A stretch of 64,000 nucleotides of DNA from Dimorphilus gyrociliatus (Eukaryota; Animalia; Annelida), in assembly GCA_904063045.1 (NCBI GenBank), contig CAJFCJ010000019.1, positions 496,001 to 560,000 of the forward strand, given 5' to 3'. Shown one piece after another: positions 49,554 to 61,190 of the stretch. Each line of letters opens with the position of its first letter. Positions within the stretch are counted from its first letter, which is position 1. Under the pieces are notes generated by a model. It ran no database searches. It saw nothing but the letters and a program-made list of their open reading frames with translations, and was not told where the DNA came from. Both the position numbers and the translations under genes were made by a program.

Positions 49554-52500
49554 TTACAATTGTACTCCTAAATTATCGGCACTCTGAAGGAGCGATTTAA
49601 TAGCAGGCAAAAATGATCCAACTTCGGTGAAATTAGTTGTCGTAGCCAAATGAGAATGATAAGCCACAGCCGTTTTATAATCGCCTACTTTGGCGCAATT
49701 TATTATTTCATGCAGACCATGAGTGACATTTTCTGACAAACTGTTAGCTCTCAATTTATCATAAAGAACTTCCAATTTGCGTCCCACTTCGTCCATTTTC
49801 CTACGCATCTGATTACTATATGCTTTCTCACTACACACCTTTCTTAGAGCATCAAAAGTCGTCTGTAAAGGTTCGTGCTGTTCTGGTATTGGTCCCTTTT
49901 GCTCTGGTTCGGGTGTTGGTTGTTGTACTGGAGCTGGAGGAGGCGCAACATCTTGACTACTAGTAGGCTGAAAAACTCCTGTTGGGTTGAAGGAAGTTGG
50001 TGCTCCAGGTGCAGGCATTTCTTGTTGTGGATGACCCATCGAGGGCATCGGTGTCATAATAGGTGCTGGAATAGTTGATGCCGGTTTCATTTGTCTAACT
50101 GGAGGTGGATCATTCCAAGCTTGTTCGGGTCTATTGTCTTGATAACTGTGCGACATTCCCATTGGTGGATTAGCCATAGGGGGAGGCATTGTCTCTGTTT
50201 GCGGCGCTGGTTGAAATATATTTGGTGGAATCGACTGTTGATTATCCGATATAGAATTCTCTCTAGAACGAATTTTTCGCTTCGCATACGAAGCTATGCC
50301 CATATCAGTGTTTTGAATAGGATTTGACCCTTGATGGTAATTGTTTGTTTGAGCACCAAGCGTTGTTGAAAAATTCGGAGTATAATTATGACTCGAAACA
50401 ACAGTAGTTTGTGCTACATTATATGCTGGTTGAGAGGTCATCACTCCGGGATTGTAGTTAGATAAAGTTGTAGGAGTGTACATAGATGATGGCTGTCCAT
50501 AACTAGAAGGTTGAGAATAGCTGGGCACAGGTGTATAGTTTGACACTGGTGGCGCATAATTTGACACCGGCTGAGCAAAAGCGGGTGTTTGTTGTCTATA
50601 GTTTGATACGTTCGGATCATAAACTGATGTTTGAATGTAGCCTTGGCCATAGGAAGGAGCTGGACTGCTTGTATAATTGTTTTGCCTATAATTTTTTGGT
50701 TGTCCAACAGCAGTCTGACCTGGGCCCTGTGCAACTGCGCCTTGCTTTCTCTCCGCTTTGACATCGTAACTTTTGAAAGGTGTCTGAGGTTTAGACAAAC
50801 CCCGAAGCGTTTGAGGATCAGATGCACTTAAGAACCTATAAATCCTCTCCTTCAGCAGGCTGATAGCTTCATCATTAGACATGTCTAGAAAATTATATGC
50901 TGTTTTTAATTTTCCCTCGCTGACTAATAGATGGCAATACTGTGATAAAGTGTTCGATAAAGCTTTTCCGAGAAGGACAGATGAATCCGATCGTTGTGTG
51001 TTCAACATCGCTTTGTGAAGAACAGATACCACTTCAACAATTTCATTCAGTGCTAATCTGCTTTGTAAGCATGCTACTGTACTGTTTACGTTGCCAGCAC
51101 AAACATAACATAACGCAGCGTCAGAGATTTGTCCACTTTCTTGCAATCGTTTACCCAAATTATCACACATTATTGAAAATTCATTCGGTTTTGCATAGGT
51201 TATTACTAAAGCCAAAGCTTCTTTCCATTGGCTGAGATCACACGTTTCAATAACTGATCCTAAGTCGTGAGTTATAACGGAGTATAAAAGGCGAGTGAAC
51301 GGTGTAGCAACTTTTTGCAAAACAGTCTTTTGTGTTCTTCGCAATAAATCACTTCCTCCAGCAACAGCCAGCAGAAGGGCCTCTGCAAACTTCTCGGTGT
51401 GTAAACAAACATCTACTGCAGATTCTACATTTGCGGTTAATAAGCACCTTGTTGCTAAACCCTCGGCTTTTGCTTCTTCTGTGCAAAATGTCAAAGGAGA
51501 GTTTGCTCGACTTGATTGAGTGGAAGATCCAACGCTGGACGCTGCTCCAGAAGCGGCAATTTGATCAAAGGCGTCAGTTCCGGGGGCCTCGTTAACTTGT
51601 AATTGGTTGACCTTATTTGTCACTTGTTCAACCATTGATTCGGGTTTATTTGAGGGTCCTACAAACTTATTAACTTGATTTTGAATAGTTGTTGAGTCAA
51701 ATCCAAGAAGGCGTAGGAAATTAACTCGAGGTTCGGCACCAAAATGAACTCCAATAAAACGCCAAAGTTCTTCATCATTTTTATTTGAGCTATTTTCCGA
51801 GTTCGCAACACATAGTTCGGGTAGTCCTCCTTGGTATAAAGTTGATTCTAATATTTCAGCTTTTTGAACGAAATCTGTTTCAGTAGTTATTTGATAAGTT
51901 GTTACTAATCTTTGAGGGGCTTGTTGGGGAGATGGAGCGGGCTGCTGTAATGAAATCAATTGGAATCGAATTTTTATCAGAAAAATTGTTTACTTACTTT
52001 TTTGAAGACAACTAATTTTCCACCAAAGCCAAAAGATGCCCCACATGGTCTTTTTAACCATTTGGGAGCTTTTTTCAACATAACTGATGAGGATTTCGTT
52101 TGCTGCGGTTGAGTGGGCATAACAAATGGATCATTGGCCTGATTGGGGAACGATTGATCTATAACAGATGGGGCAGATGTTGGTGCAGAGGGTTTCCCTA
52201 GAAGAGAATATATAGAAATATTTCCGTCGAAAGAACAAGATGAAAACACTGCTGGATTTCTTGGACACCAGGCCAAATCAAATGCCCATTGAGTAGTATT
52301 TGGTAACTCATAAACGATCTCTCCATTCTGAACTTGAGAGTGAGGATTCCAGCATAGAATTCTATTATCCTTTCCGCAACTAAGCAATAACTCTGAATCT
52401 TGAGAACACCATGCAAGGGATAATAAACCACGATTGTGACCCTCCAAAGTTCTGATTGGAGATGTCAAAAAGCGAAGATCCCACATTTGAATGATGGGAG

Positions 52501-53203
52501 AATGATCATCATCTGACGCTAGGCACAGTTGCGTTGATACATCGGGATGCCATTCGAGAATTTTACTCTTAATTCTAGACATACTATCTGTTATTTTTAT
52601 AATCGGTTCACTTTTTCGCAAATCCCATACAACTGATCGACCAGCATATGTAGAACCAAGAATGTGTTGCACTTGCCTGTTCCATTGTAAACAAGTTACA
52701 TCATCTAATGGTTGAGACTTTGTACCAGGCGTCATCGGTTCGGATTTACTCCCTATGCTATTAAGATCCCAAATAAATATGTCTGAATTACCGGCACCGC
52801 TGGCAACCAAATTTGGTTGAAAAGAATTAACATCTAAAGCTGACACGGCTCCTTGGTGTTCCTCAAAGCAATGTAGAAGACTCTCTTTACCACTAAAAAG
52901 ATCAGCCGCTGACCACAAAAGAACTTTTCCATTATCCGTTCCGCCAACTAAAGTTCCTCCTCCACTTGACCCATGTCGACCCCATACTAGCTTATGCAGA
53001 CGTTGATCAATCTCTATACTCTTTGATAGCTGAGCTTGATCATCTTGATCACCTAGGTCAATCGAGAATAGTTCCAAAGTGCTTGATGTGCTAAATGAGG
53101 CATCGAGTTGCTGAGCAGCAGTACCGGCTGCAAGGTATATTGGATGCTGTTCAGCTGGTGACCACGCAATGTTCGCAGTTCTTGAAATACTTTTCACTTT
53201 CAT
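49554..53203 (-). CDS. SEC31A: COPII coat protein Sec31, 2 exons separated by one ~50-bp intron
   Basis: WD40 propeller from MKVKSISRTANIAWSP...GTAAQQLDASF, KAPKWLKRPCGASFGFGGKLV, an alpha-solenoid, a Pro-rich region and C-terminal KRKMDEVGRKLEVLYDKLR-type ACE1-Sec16-like helices. Confidence 0.96.
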
Positions 53204-53295
53204 CCCGTGTGTATAGTTCTGTTTTACTGTTACTTTTCAAATGATTACGTGTTTAAGTCCCGTTTGAGCGTCGATGAAGATTTCGCGTCAAAGTT

Positions 53296-53304
53296 TACGT
53301 GGCA
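53296..53304 (-). promoter_or_regulatory. CrebA/CREB3-type site TGCCACGTA about 93 bp upstream of the SEC31 ATG, with a second TACGTG at 53246-53251
   Basis: Motif read directly; the TGCCACGT consensus is known from CrebA/CREB3L-regulated secretory-pathway genes. Confidence 0.5.
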
Positions 53305-53793
53305 CACATTGCAATCCCATAATGCACCAATTGTACGAATAGGCCCAACTTCAATTGAGTATTGCTCATTTTCGTACACTTTGTAGATGAAGCGTTTGTG
53401 GATTTTTTGAAAAAACCGCAATTTTTTTTAATTTATTGTAAAAGAATTGCAAATTTTTTCTCACATTTCGAAATTACTATTATTGTTGTTTCCTTCATTT
53501 TAAAAGGGGAAAATGGGTTCCTGTCTCACGTGTTACACCAGCATGTTCCATATTCCGTACAAAGTCGAAGAATAACTATATCTCTGGAATATTTTTAAAG
53601 CTATTAAATGATTAGACCCATTTTATTAGTAATATTAGCACTAAATTTTTAGAGACATTTCAACAATCAACAAAATTTAGATTGTTTCCATAACAAACAA
53701 TTGTGAATTATCATTAACCAATTAAAACCTGTATGCATGAGATGAATTGATCGAGAGACTAGAGAAGTTTATAAGATATTCTAAAAACTAGAT

Positions 53794-56700
53794 ATGAATT
53801 TTGATAACAGGTAAGATGGATTATTTTGATGCCAACAAGATAATAATTCTGATTTACAGACCTATAGAGTCAGCAGCAATAGCTGCAAAAATAAGAAGGA
53901 AAGTTGAATGCAAAGAACTTGAGGCGGTACGCGATGTCCTTCCCTTTGATGATATTACTAAATATAAACTAGATAAGGGAGCTGTTTTAAGAATGGCAGT
54001 GGCCTATTTAAAAATGAAACAGTATTTAACAAGCTCAGGTAATATTTCCCTTCACTAACCCACTTAATCGGCAATGCCCCCATTCTTGAACTATGATTAA
54101 TATAAGTTAAGTAGCCCTCCAAATTATTTTATGTCTAGCCGAAAACAAATTGAAAGTTTCAACAAAGCTATACTATTGTTAAATGTCATTAATAAATTAT
54201 ATTATTCTTACAGACGCCAATGCCCTTTATTTGGAACTAGACGAACGAAATGGTAGGTTAATAATACATAACATGTAAAGTTTGCAATTATCTTCAGAGA
54301 GATTTTTTGCTACAGATAATACAGATTTTAGTTATGAGGAGGAGAGTCTAAGCGAAACTTCACTAATACTACAGGCCCTAAATGGCTTCCTTCTTGTTAT
54401 TAGTCCTATTGGTGAGGTACTCTACGCATCGCAAGAAGTACAAGAGCACATCGGTGTTAGACCTATAGATTTAATTGGAAAAAAGCTTCAAGATCATTTG
54501 CATTCAGACGACGTTAAGGAATTGAATAAAAATCTCATTTTTACGCCATCTGCCGTATCATGTTCGTATCAGTCAAAAGAAGGTCAGTTTACTTGTATTG
54601 TTTAATGAAAATATTTTCGTAACTTATCATAATTGTGTTTGGAAAAATTTTGTTGAGCTGTTGTAATTATTTGTTAACCGTGACTTGTAAGTAAATGATC
54701 CCTTTTTGTAGACGTCTCAAAATGTCGTCGGAGATTATTTTACGTTCGCATGAAATGCCATTTGGCAAAATGGGGAAAGAAAACGAAACAGACGAGCTTC
54801 ATCTTAATGCAGTTGAGTGGCCGTGTGAAAACTCGAAGGGGTTCAATGATTGGTATGACCTGCATTTGTAGGCCTATGCAGTCTACTCCTCTCTTGGAAA
54901 TTCGGTTGGGAGGAAATATGTTCATTTCGAGACATAGTTTGGATATGACATTTACTTTCTGCGACCCAGGGTGAGAAAGAGATTAACCCAAATATTAATA
55001 ATAATTGGTTTTTGCATAAGTACTTAATAATTTTCACGCCTGAGCTCTTTAATAAGCCTAACAAAAACAAAGCAAAGACTCGATTCGGATTCAGTAGAAA
55101 TTATTTTGTAATGACACAATTGATATATTAAAGTAGGTGGCGCAGTAAGTTGGCCGAATTTATTTATTGATCGAATATCGTATCGATTATGAAAAGATTA
55201 TATTTGTTTTGAAAACCTCGTGGACAAAAAAACAACGTGAATCAGCATCAACATATTGCGGTTGGTTTAGTTTGACTATTGTGCCATGACTCTTTTTTAT
55301 TAGTCCTTTGACTCTTTCTATCATATATTTATCTAGTCAACAACTGGAAAAATCGTATAGATATTTATGTATATACTAGAGGATCTCAGAATGATTTGCT
55401 AACTTATCGATTTACTTTTCAGTATTCTCACGTTGATCGGCTACGAACCGGATGAACTAATTGGTAAAACTGCGTATCACTTCCACAATCCGATAGACGC
55501 TTCCAAGTGTTCCGAGTGCCATTCGACCCGTTAGTAATACTTAATTTTATTTTATTGATCGCGGTTAGTAGGACAAAGCGTTTTAGGTTAACGTCCGCGT
55601 AAAAGAAAATCAATGCCTACCCACTGATGTACGGCCTTTCACACCCACCGCGTACGATCAAAAAGCTAGAAATTCACTTATACCTTCTGCTAATGCGAAT
55701 TTTCATTCTATTGTGTTTTATTGAGGACGGTGAAGGATAAATTTTCAAATAAGAGAACGGAAACAATTTTAGCATTTGATCTCTAAAGAATGGTTGGTTA
55801 AGCTGTATTACTATCGCTATCACCGCTTAAGATTGCGATTCTGAGTTTACGCTTAAAATATTTGACGACTTTCGTATATTTTTAAAAATAGGCTTATACT
55901 TAAACTCACATCCTGTATTCTTTATTTCCATGGCTACAGAAAGCTAGGGTAATCCTGTTGTACACGGTGGCAATAGTATGTTTTTCATTATGCTATAAAT
56001 AGATCAATATAAAGTAACAAAAAAAGGCGATCTTTGAAATCTTATAGTCGAGAGTTTAGAACGAATAGAATGTGGAACATGCTGCGCAAACATTTAAGAC
56101 TTGCCAACTGCTATTTGCAGTTTTAGTGTATGCTTGTGCTTAAAACGTCGTTGCAGTTGTTAGTTTATCAGAACGTCTCAGTGCGTGTCTAGGCGCACGT
56201 AAGTACCAGGGATTTATTAGTTTTATTATGTTTTGGTACCTAGTATGTAAGCCAAAAGAAAAATCTTTTAGCGGCACAGGCAAGTATAGACAACCTGGCT
56301 ACCTTCGAGATCTGTATGAGGCTGCTCAATTGCGCTTTACTCGAATGTGATTGGAATTTTGCTTTCCAGTTGCAACTTGTAATTTTACCCCCAGCATTGC
56401 CGTGAGTTTTTGCTCAAGAGTAGACTAGATTGGCACGTTAGGATAGCTGTAAATTCTTAGTATAGCAAAAAGTTATATAGACCACCAATCAATAATTATA
56501 TTTCAATTTGTTCTCGCATAGAAATTATAACCTCCATATATGACTTGTTTTTTGGCAATAAAGGAAAATTACGATTGGTATTTCAACAGGATTTTTGATA
56601 TTTCAATAGACGATAGCATTTTAATCGATCGATTTTTCTCTCGGGTCGCAAATAACTTCAATCGATTATATTTCAAGCGATTTAATCGGTTTCGATATAT

Positions 56701-59208
56701 ACATAAACCATATACGTTTTCTGATGCTGTTAGGGGGTCAAGGTTCTACTTCTCAATTGTTGTATAGTTAAAAGCTACTATTTTCACGAATCACCAGATT
56801 TCGCTTTTTTTTCAACAGTTATCGCGAAAGGCACTGGTGTATCGAAGTATTACCGATTCATTAGCAGGCAAAACGAATGGGTATGGATGCAAACTCGGGC
56901 AACCATCATTTTTAATTCAGCGAATCAAGCTCAATACGTCGTCTGTATGAATTACGTTATCGGGTAAGATACATTAGAGTTAAAATAATATCCGTCTGTA
57001 CCTTTAGCTAGAACAAAGGATTTAGGAAGAATAATGCATGAGCGTTAACGACGTCACTTATTATGCACTCGTTGACGTTTACTGCGCTAATTACGACGAA
57101 TTTTCAATCGAAATCGCTTTATATCCTGTTTACCTGGCTAGTTTTAGTCTGACTTTTATCTAAACTCATTACACGTTGAACATCGATAACAGAACTCTTT
57201 CATCTTCTATATTTAAGCATATGTATATCTACGCGTGTATGAATAACATCTAAAAATACGTATTCGTCTTATTCAAACATTAAGGAGAAAAAATAGACTA
57301 AAAATGGCGTAGACGAGGCCAAGTTTAGTACTGTGTCAAGTCTAACTTTCTCTTCAAGTACAAGCGTTCTTTAAATTAGTTATTTCGAGCGTTTAATTCG
57401 TTTAACAGCGTCGGTTGAAGCCGTCAAAGTTTAGCTTTGCTTTTGTATAGTGCATAATAAAGTTGCAGAGTGTAGAACGAATCTGCTTAGCAGACGCCAA
57501 GCAGATGTATTGATCTTGAATATTCCAATAAAGCGCTCACATCGATTTCGCCGTAAAGAATAATTATGGCTATGACCTATATAGATTAGCTTATACGTAC
57601 AATTCACTAATAAGATAGACCGAATATACACATGAAAATTACTATTCTTAAAGTTTTCATACAAAAATATCTTGTAAACAAACTGCACTACTCTGTCTGC
57701 GTCTAGGTGGCGCTTATATAATGCCTAGTCAGTTGCTTTTAGCACTGTACGAGAAGAACGCACATAATAAGCCAGCCGACGTTCTTGCCAGTGTTTTTTA
57801 AAGCAGTTATTAAAGGATTATGACAAACAAGAGGCTTGCTAAACTGAACAGCAACTCTGCGAAGATTACGAAGCCTAATATAATACGCGTTTTTGTGCTA
57901 CAGCAAAGGTGTTTGTTTCGTCTTGCTTTTTAACTATTTATACTTATCATTATTGTATCATTGAATGATTATCTATATTTAAAGGCCTAAGCCATACTGC
58001 AAAGTGAAGTAATTAGTGAGACTACAACCGAGCTATATATCATATGATGGAAAAAAATATCAGAATATTTTAGTGGCTGTAATAGCTGTTTTGTATATTT
58101 CGTTCTACTCAATTTCCATGAAAAATTTTCATCAATTTGTATTCTATTCTTTTATTGGTTTGCTAACGCATTTTTGCCGCTGGCGTCCAGCTGTATTAGG
58201 CATCTAAAATGTCAGCAAAACTCTTTGACGGGGCTACAGCGTTTCGTTACCGTGATGCGCAATAATTAACCTAGAATTTAAAATTTCGCTGGGTTTACTG
58301 ACGGCTGCCCAATAGACGAAATTATATTACAGTAAGATATTATAGAGTGATAATATATGGGCAGTCAATAGCGTGACAATTTTGCAGTCAACATTTGATA
58401 ACCGATTTTGCTTTTAATTTATTTTTGTTGTACGCCTGCAGTGAAGAAGAGGGCAGACGCTATTTAATGTTGGAGCAAGAAGAAAACGGTCAGGAAGTCG
58501 AAAAAACTATAGTATATTCCCCGACTAGCAGTGAGTCCGTTATAAATTGCAATCCAGACACCCCGCCCACGAGCCCAGAGATGGCGCCTCAAGATAGCTC
58601 TCCCCATTTCGACCTGAAAGTGCATAATTTAGGATTAAACGATTTAGAAGAGCAATTTGCCGATCAGTACTTGAATGAAGCTGGCTTTGAAACTTCTGAA
58701 AGTAATTCGCCCATTCTTTTGAGAGATGCCCAGGTTGGAAGTGAACTACCTCCTATAGAAACTCCTATTCTGGCACTATCAGCCAGGAAAGAAAGAGGCT
58801 CCGTTTTAAAGACACTCCTAACGACAAATCAAAAGTTTTCCCCCAATCAAGGCTCTGATTGCGTTCCAGAGAGTGGTCCACCCACATGTAGTGAACCATT
58901 ACCAAACCTTATCCAAACTCCAACTACTACATCGTCATCCTTGTTAAAAGACCTCTTAACTGGAGCTTCAACCTCTTCTGATTACACAGCCTCTACGACT
59001 AAAATCAACGAACTTGATATGGATTTTCTGACAGATATACCACCGCTCTCTGGCGATATTGATGTAAGAGATTGACTTTACAATTTTAAACTTGTTAAAT
59101 ATTTACTTTCGTTCATAAATCTTCCAGGAAATTCTTTCTGACGATTTCTCGGATCTTTTAAGTGGTAACATTCAACTTGAGCAGGCCTATATGCAAAAAT
59201 ATTTATGA
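53794..59208 (+). CDS. Divergent class I bHLH-PAS transcription factor (HIF-alpha/SIM/AHR-like), about 9 exons
   Basis: bHLH ESAAIAAKIRRKVE...LPFDDITKYKLDKGAVLRMAVAYLKMK; PAS-A LQALNGFLLV...; linker YFVRMKCHL; PAS-B FISRHSLDMTFTFCDP|ILTLIGYEPDELIGKTAYHF (55423-55529)|IAKGTGVSKYYRF...WVWMQTRATII...VVCMNYVI (56819-56963); acidic S/T/P-rich tail from 58439; last exon ends YMQKYL* at 59208. Confidence 0.85.
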
Positions 59209-59304
59209 CTGGCATCATCCTATTTGGTTGTTTGTTAGCCGTTTGGCCACATTATACAAACTGCAGTTTTGTTACCTTGATTAAAGTTGATGTATAGGAA
59301 TGCT

Positions 59305-59420
59305 AACTAATATATATACATATATACATATATATATTCATACGTATTTAAAAAGACAGCCTCATTGGACACTTAAATATATACATTCAAATATATAAAT
59401 GTACACAGTATATATATACA
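59305..59420. repeat. Degenerate (TA)/(TACA) low-complexity tract in the 3' region of the bHLH-PAS gene
   Basis: Visible TA-rich alternating runs. Confidence 0.6.
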
Positions 59421-61190
59421 GACGTACACCTATGTATATTGTCGACAAAGAGTAAAAGGTGTGTATTGTGTACGTGTAATATCAGCGTGTAGTAATTTTA
59501 TGTATAAAACATGCATTCGTAACACATCAAATCTACTACGTAGTTTTGCACCCTTTGTATTAAAGGGAATAAAAGTTATCTTTCGTCTGTAGAAGTTTAC
59601 ACTTGAAAATATTCAAAATATGTTACGTTTCTGCTACATTTTTCAGTATCTAGATAAAACTAGGAAAAGTAGGAAAAGCATACATTTCTTCGTTAATTTT
59701 AACCTTCACTGCGTAAATATTTTCTCAGCCGTTCGTCTCAATCAAAATATCTTGATTACCTTTATAAATAATCTAAGAACAATTCATATCAAATAAGTGG
59801 ATAAAAAATTATCAGAAGAATTATGAATATAAATTGACCAGAGCGACCTATTGTTCGAATTCACGGAAGGAATACCTCAATGCGTTAACAGAAATAGATC
59901 AAGTTGTTTTTTATTAAATATACACATACAGTATATATATCTAATTTCGAACTTAAAATCTAGGTGAAAAAGAAAATTGTGTTTAATTCTTTTGTACTCT
60001 TTTTGAAGAATTTTAATTGTCGAATAGCATGATGCAGTTCAGAGAAACTCTTTGCTTGCCCTAACCCATATGTTCTATATTTCTCATTTTCATAATTGCC
60101 GCCATTTCACTGCTTCCTGGAAATCAAGCGATAAATTATTGTCAATTTCAAAATGTCCGTATAGGCTATTATTTTTTCAAACATCTGTTTTTAGCACAAT
60201 TTAGTTTATACAAAATTACAATTTAAAATTTTTTCTGCGAGACTGCTTCGACTAACTTCCGGTATAATTAGCAAATCTTGCACAGAATTAAAGTTTTCAT
60301 TTTTACTTTAAGTAACATATTGTAAGTATGCAACACATATTATCGTTTAAATAAATTTTTCAGGTATGTAACTGTAAATGTTAAATTAACTGTTTCTTAA
60401 TTGTTAATTAATTTTTTTAAAATGAATTATGGCTACTGTAGCTCATTAACAAGCCTGTCTGTGCGAAATTGCACTAAAAATTGATTATGCTTTCCATGCG
60501 CACTACTAGAAAATTTTTATGACAATGCTATTTTGTGAATATGTTGTAAATAACTCTAAAGCATATTGAATAATATATGCATGTACTGCCATTTAATAGC
60601 TGATGAGCTAAGTCAGAGGAAATATTTAAGAATATCTAAGCCGATATGGAGAGTGAACCTTTCCTCAAGAGGGTTTGTTTATTTTTTCCATCAAGATTAT
60701 TTCACTTAAAATGAAGTTATCTTGCTTTTATTTAAAGTATTTTATAAGTATTCGCTACCAAAGACTTAAAAGGTATTAGAGGTCGATAATTGTATTATTT
60801 CTATAGAGTAATACTAGATGGCAAACCTGAAATACAAAGATATAAAACGGACTGTTTAATTAACTTCTCAATTTCTTTTAAGTTAATACTAATGTAGAAC
60901 AAAAAAAACTGAATTCTTTTATTAAGCATTGATCTAGAGTGTATACTGACTCTAAAAATAGTTTGCAGAATATAGACAATTTATGTAACATTTTTAAGCT
61001 CTTTTACGTTAGATTATGTTATATAAATCACTAAGTTCAATAACCTTTTGTTTAATATCTTTATTATCTTCAATATATAACAGCAGGAACATTATTATAA
61101 CGCAAAGAATGATTTTTAGAATTAAAAAATATTTTTTTCTATTGTTATCTTAAATACACTCTCTAAACGTTATTTTTACAGAGAAATAAC

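Noticed and set aside
51945-51998. SEC31 split into two ORFs, suggesting a frameshift
   Set aside because: The break is a normal ~50-bp GTAAGT...TTACAG intron.
56180-56245. Short hairpins in bHLH-PAS introns (GTGCG...CGCAC; GTACCA...TGGTAC) as possible miRNA or snoRNA
   Set aside because: The stems are too short or imperfect, there are no C/D or H/ACA boxes and no recognisable mature miRNA; this cannot be supported without folding and small-RNA data.
58395-59075. 226-aa ORF as a stand-alone gene
   Set aside because: It has no proper ATG start and begins at a phase-compatible acceptor (CTGCAG|T GAA) continuing the PAS-B exon, so it is the bHLH-PAS C-terminal exon.
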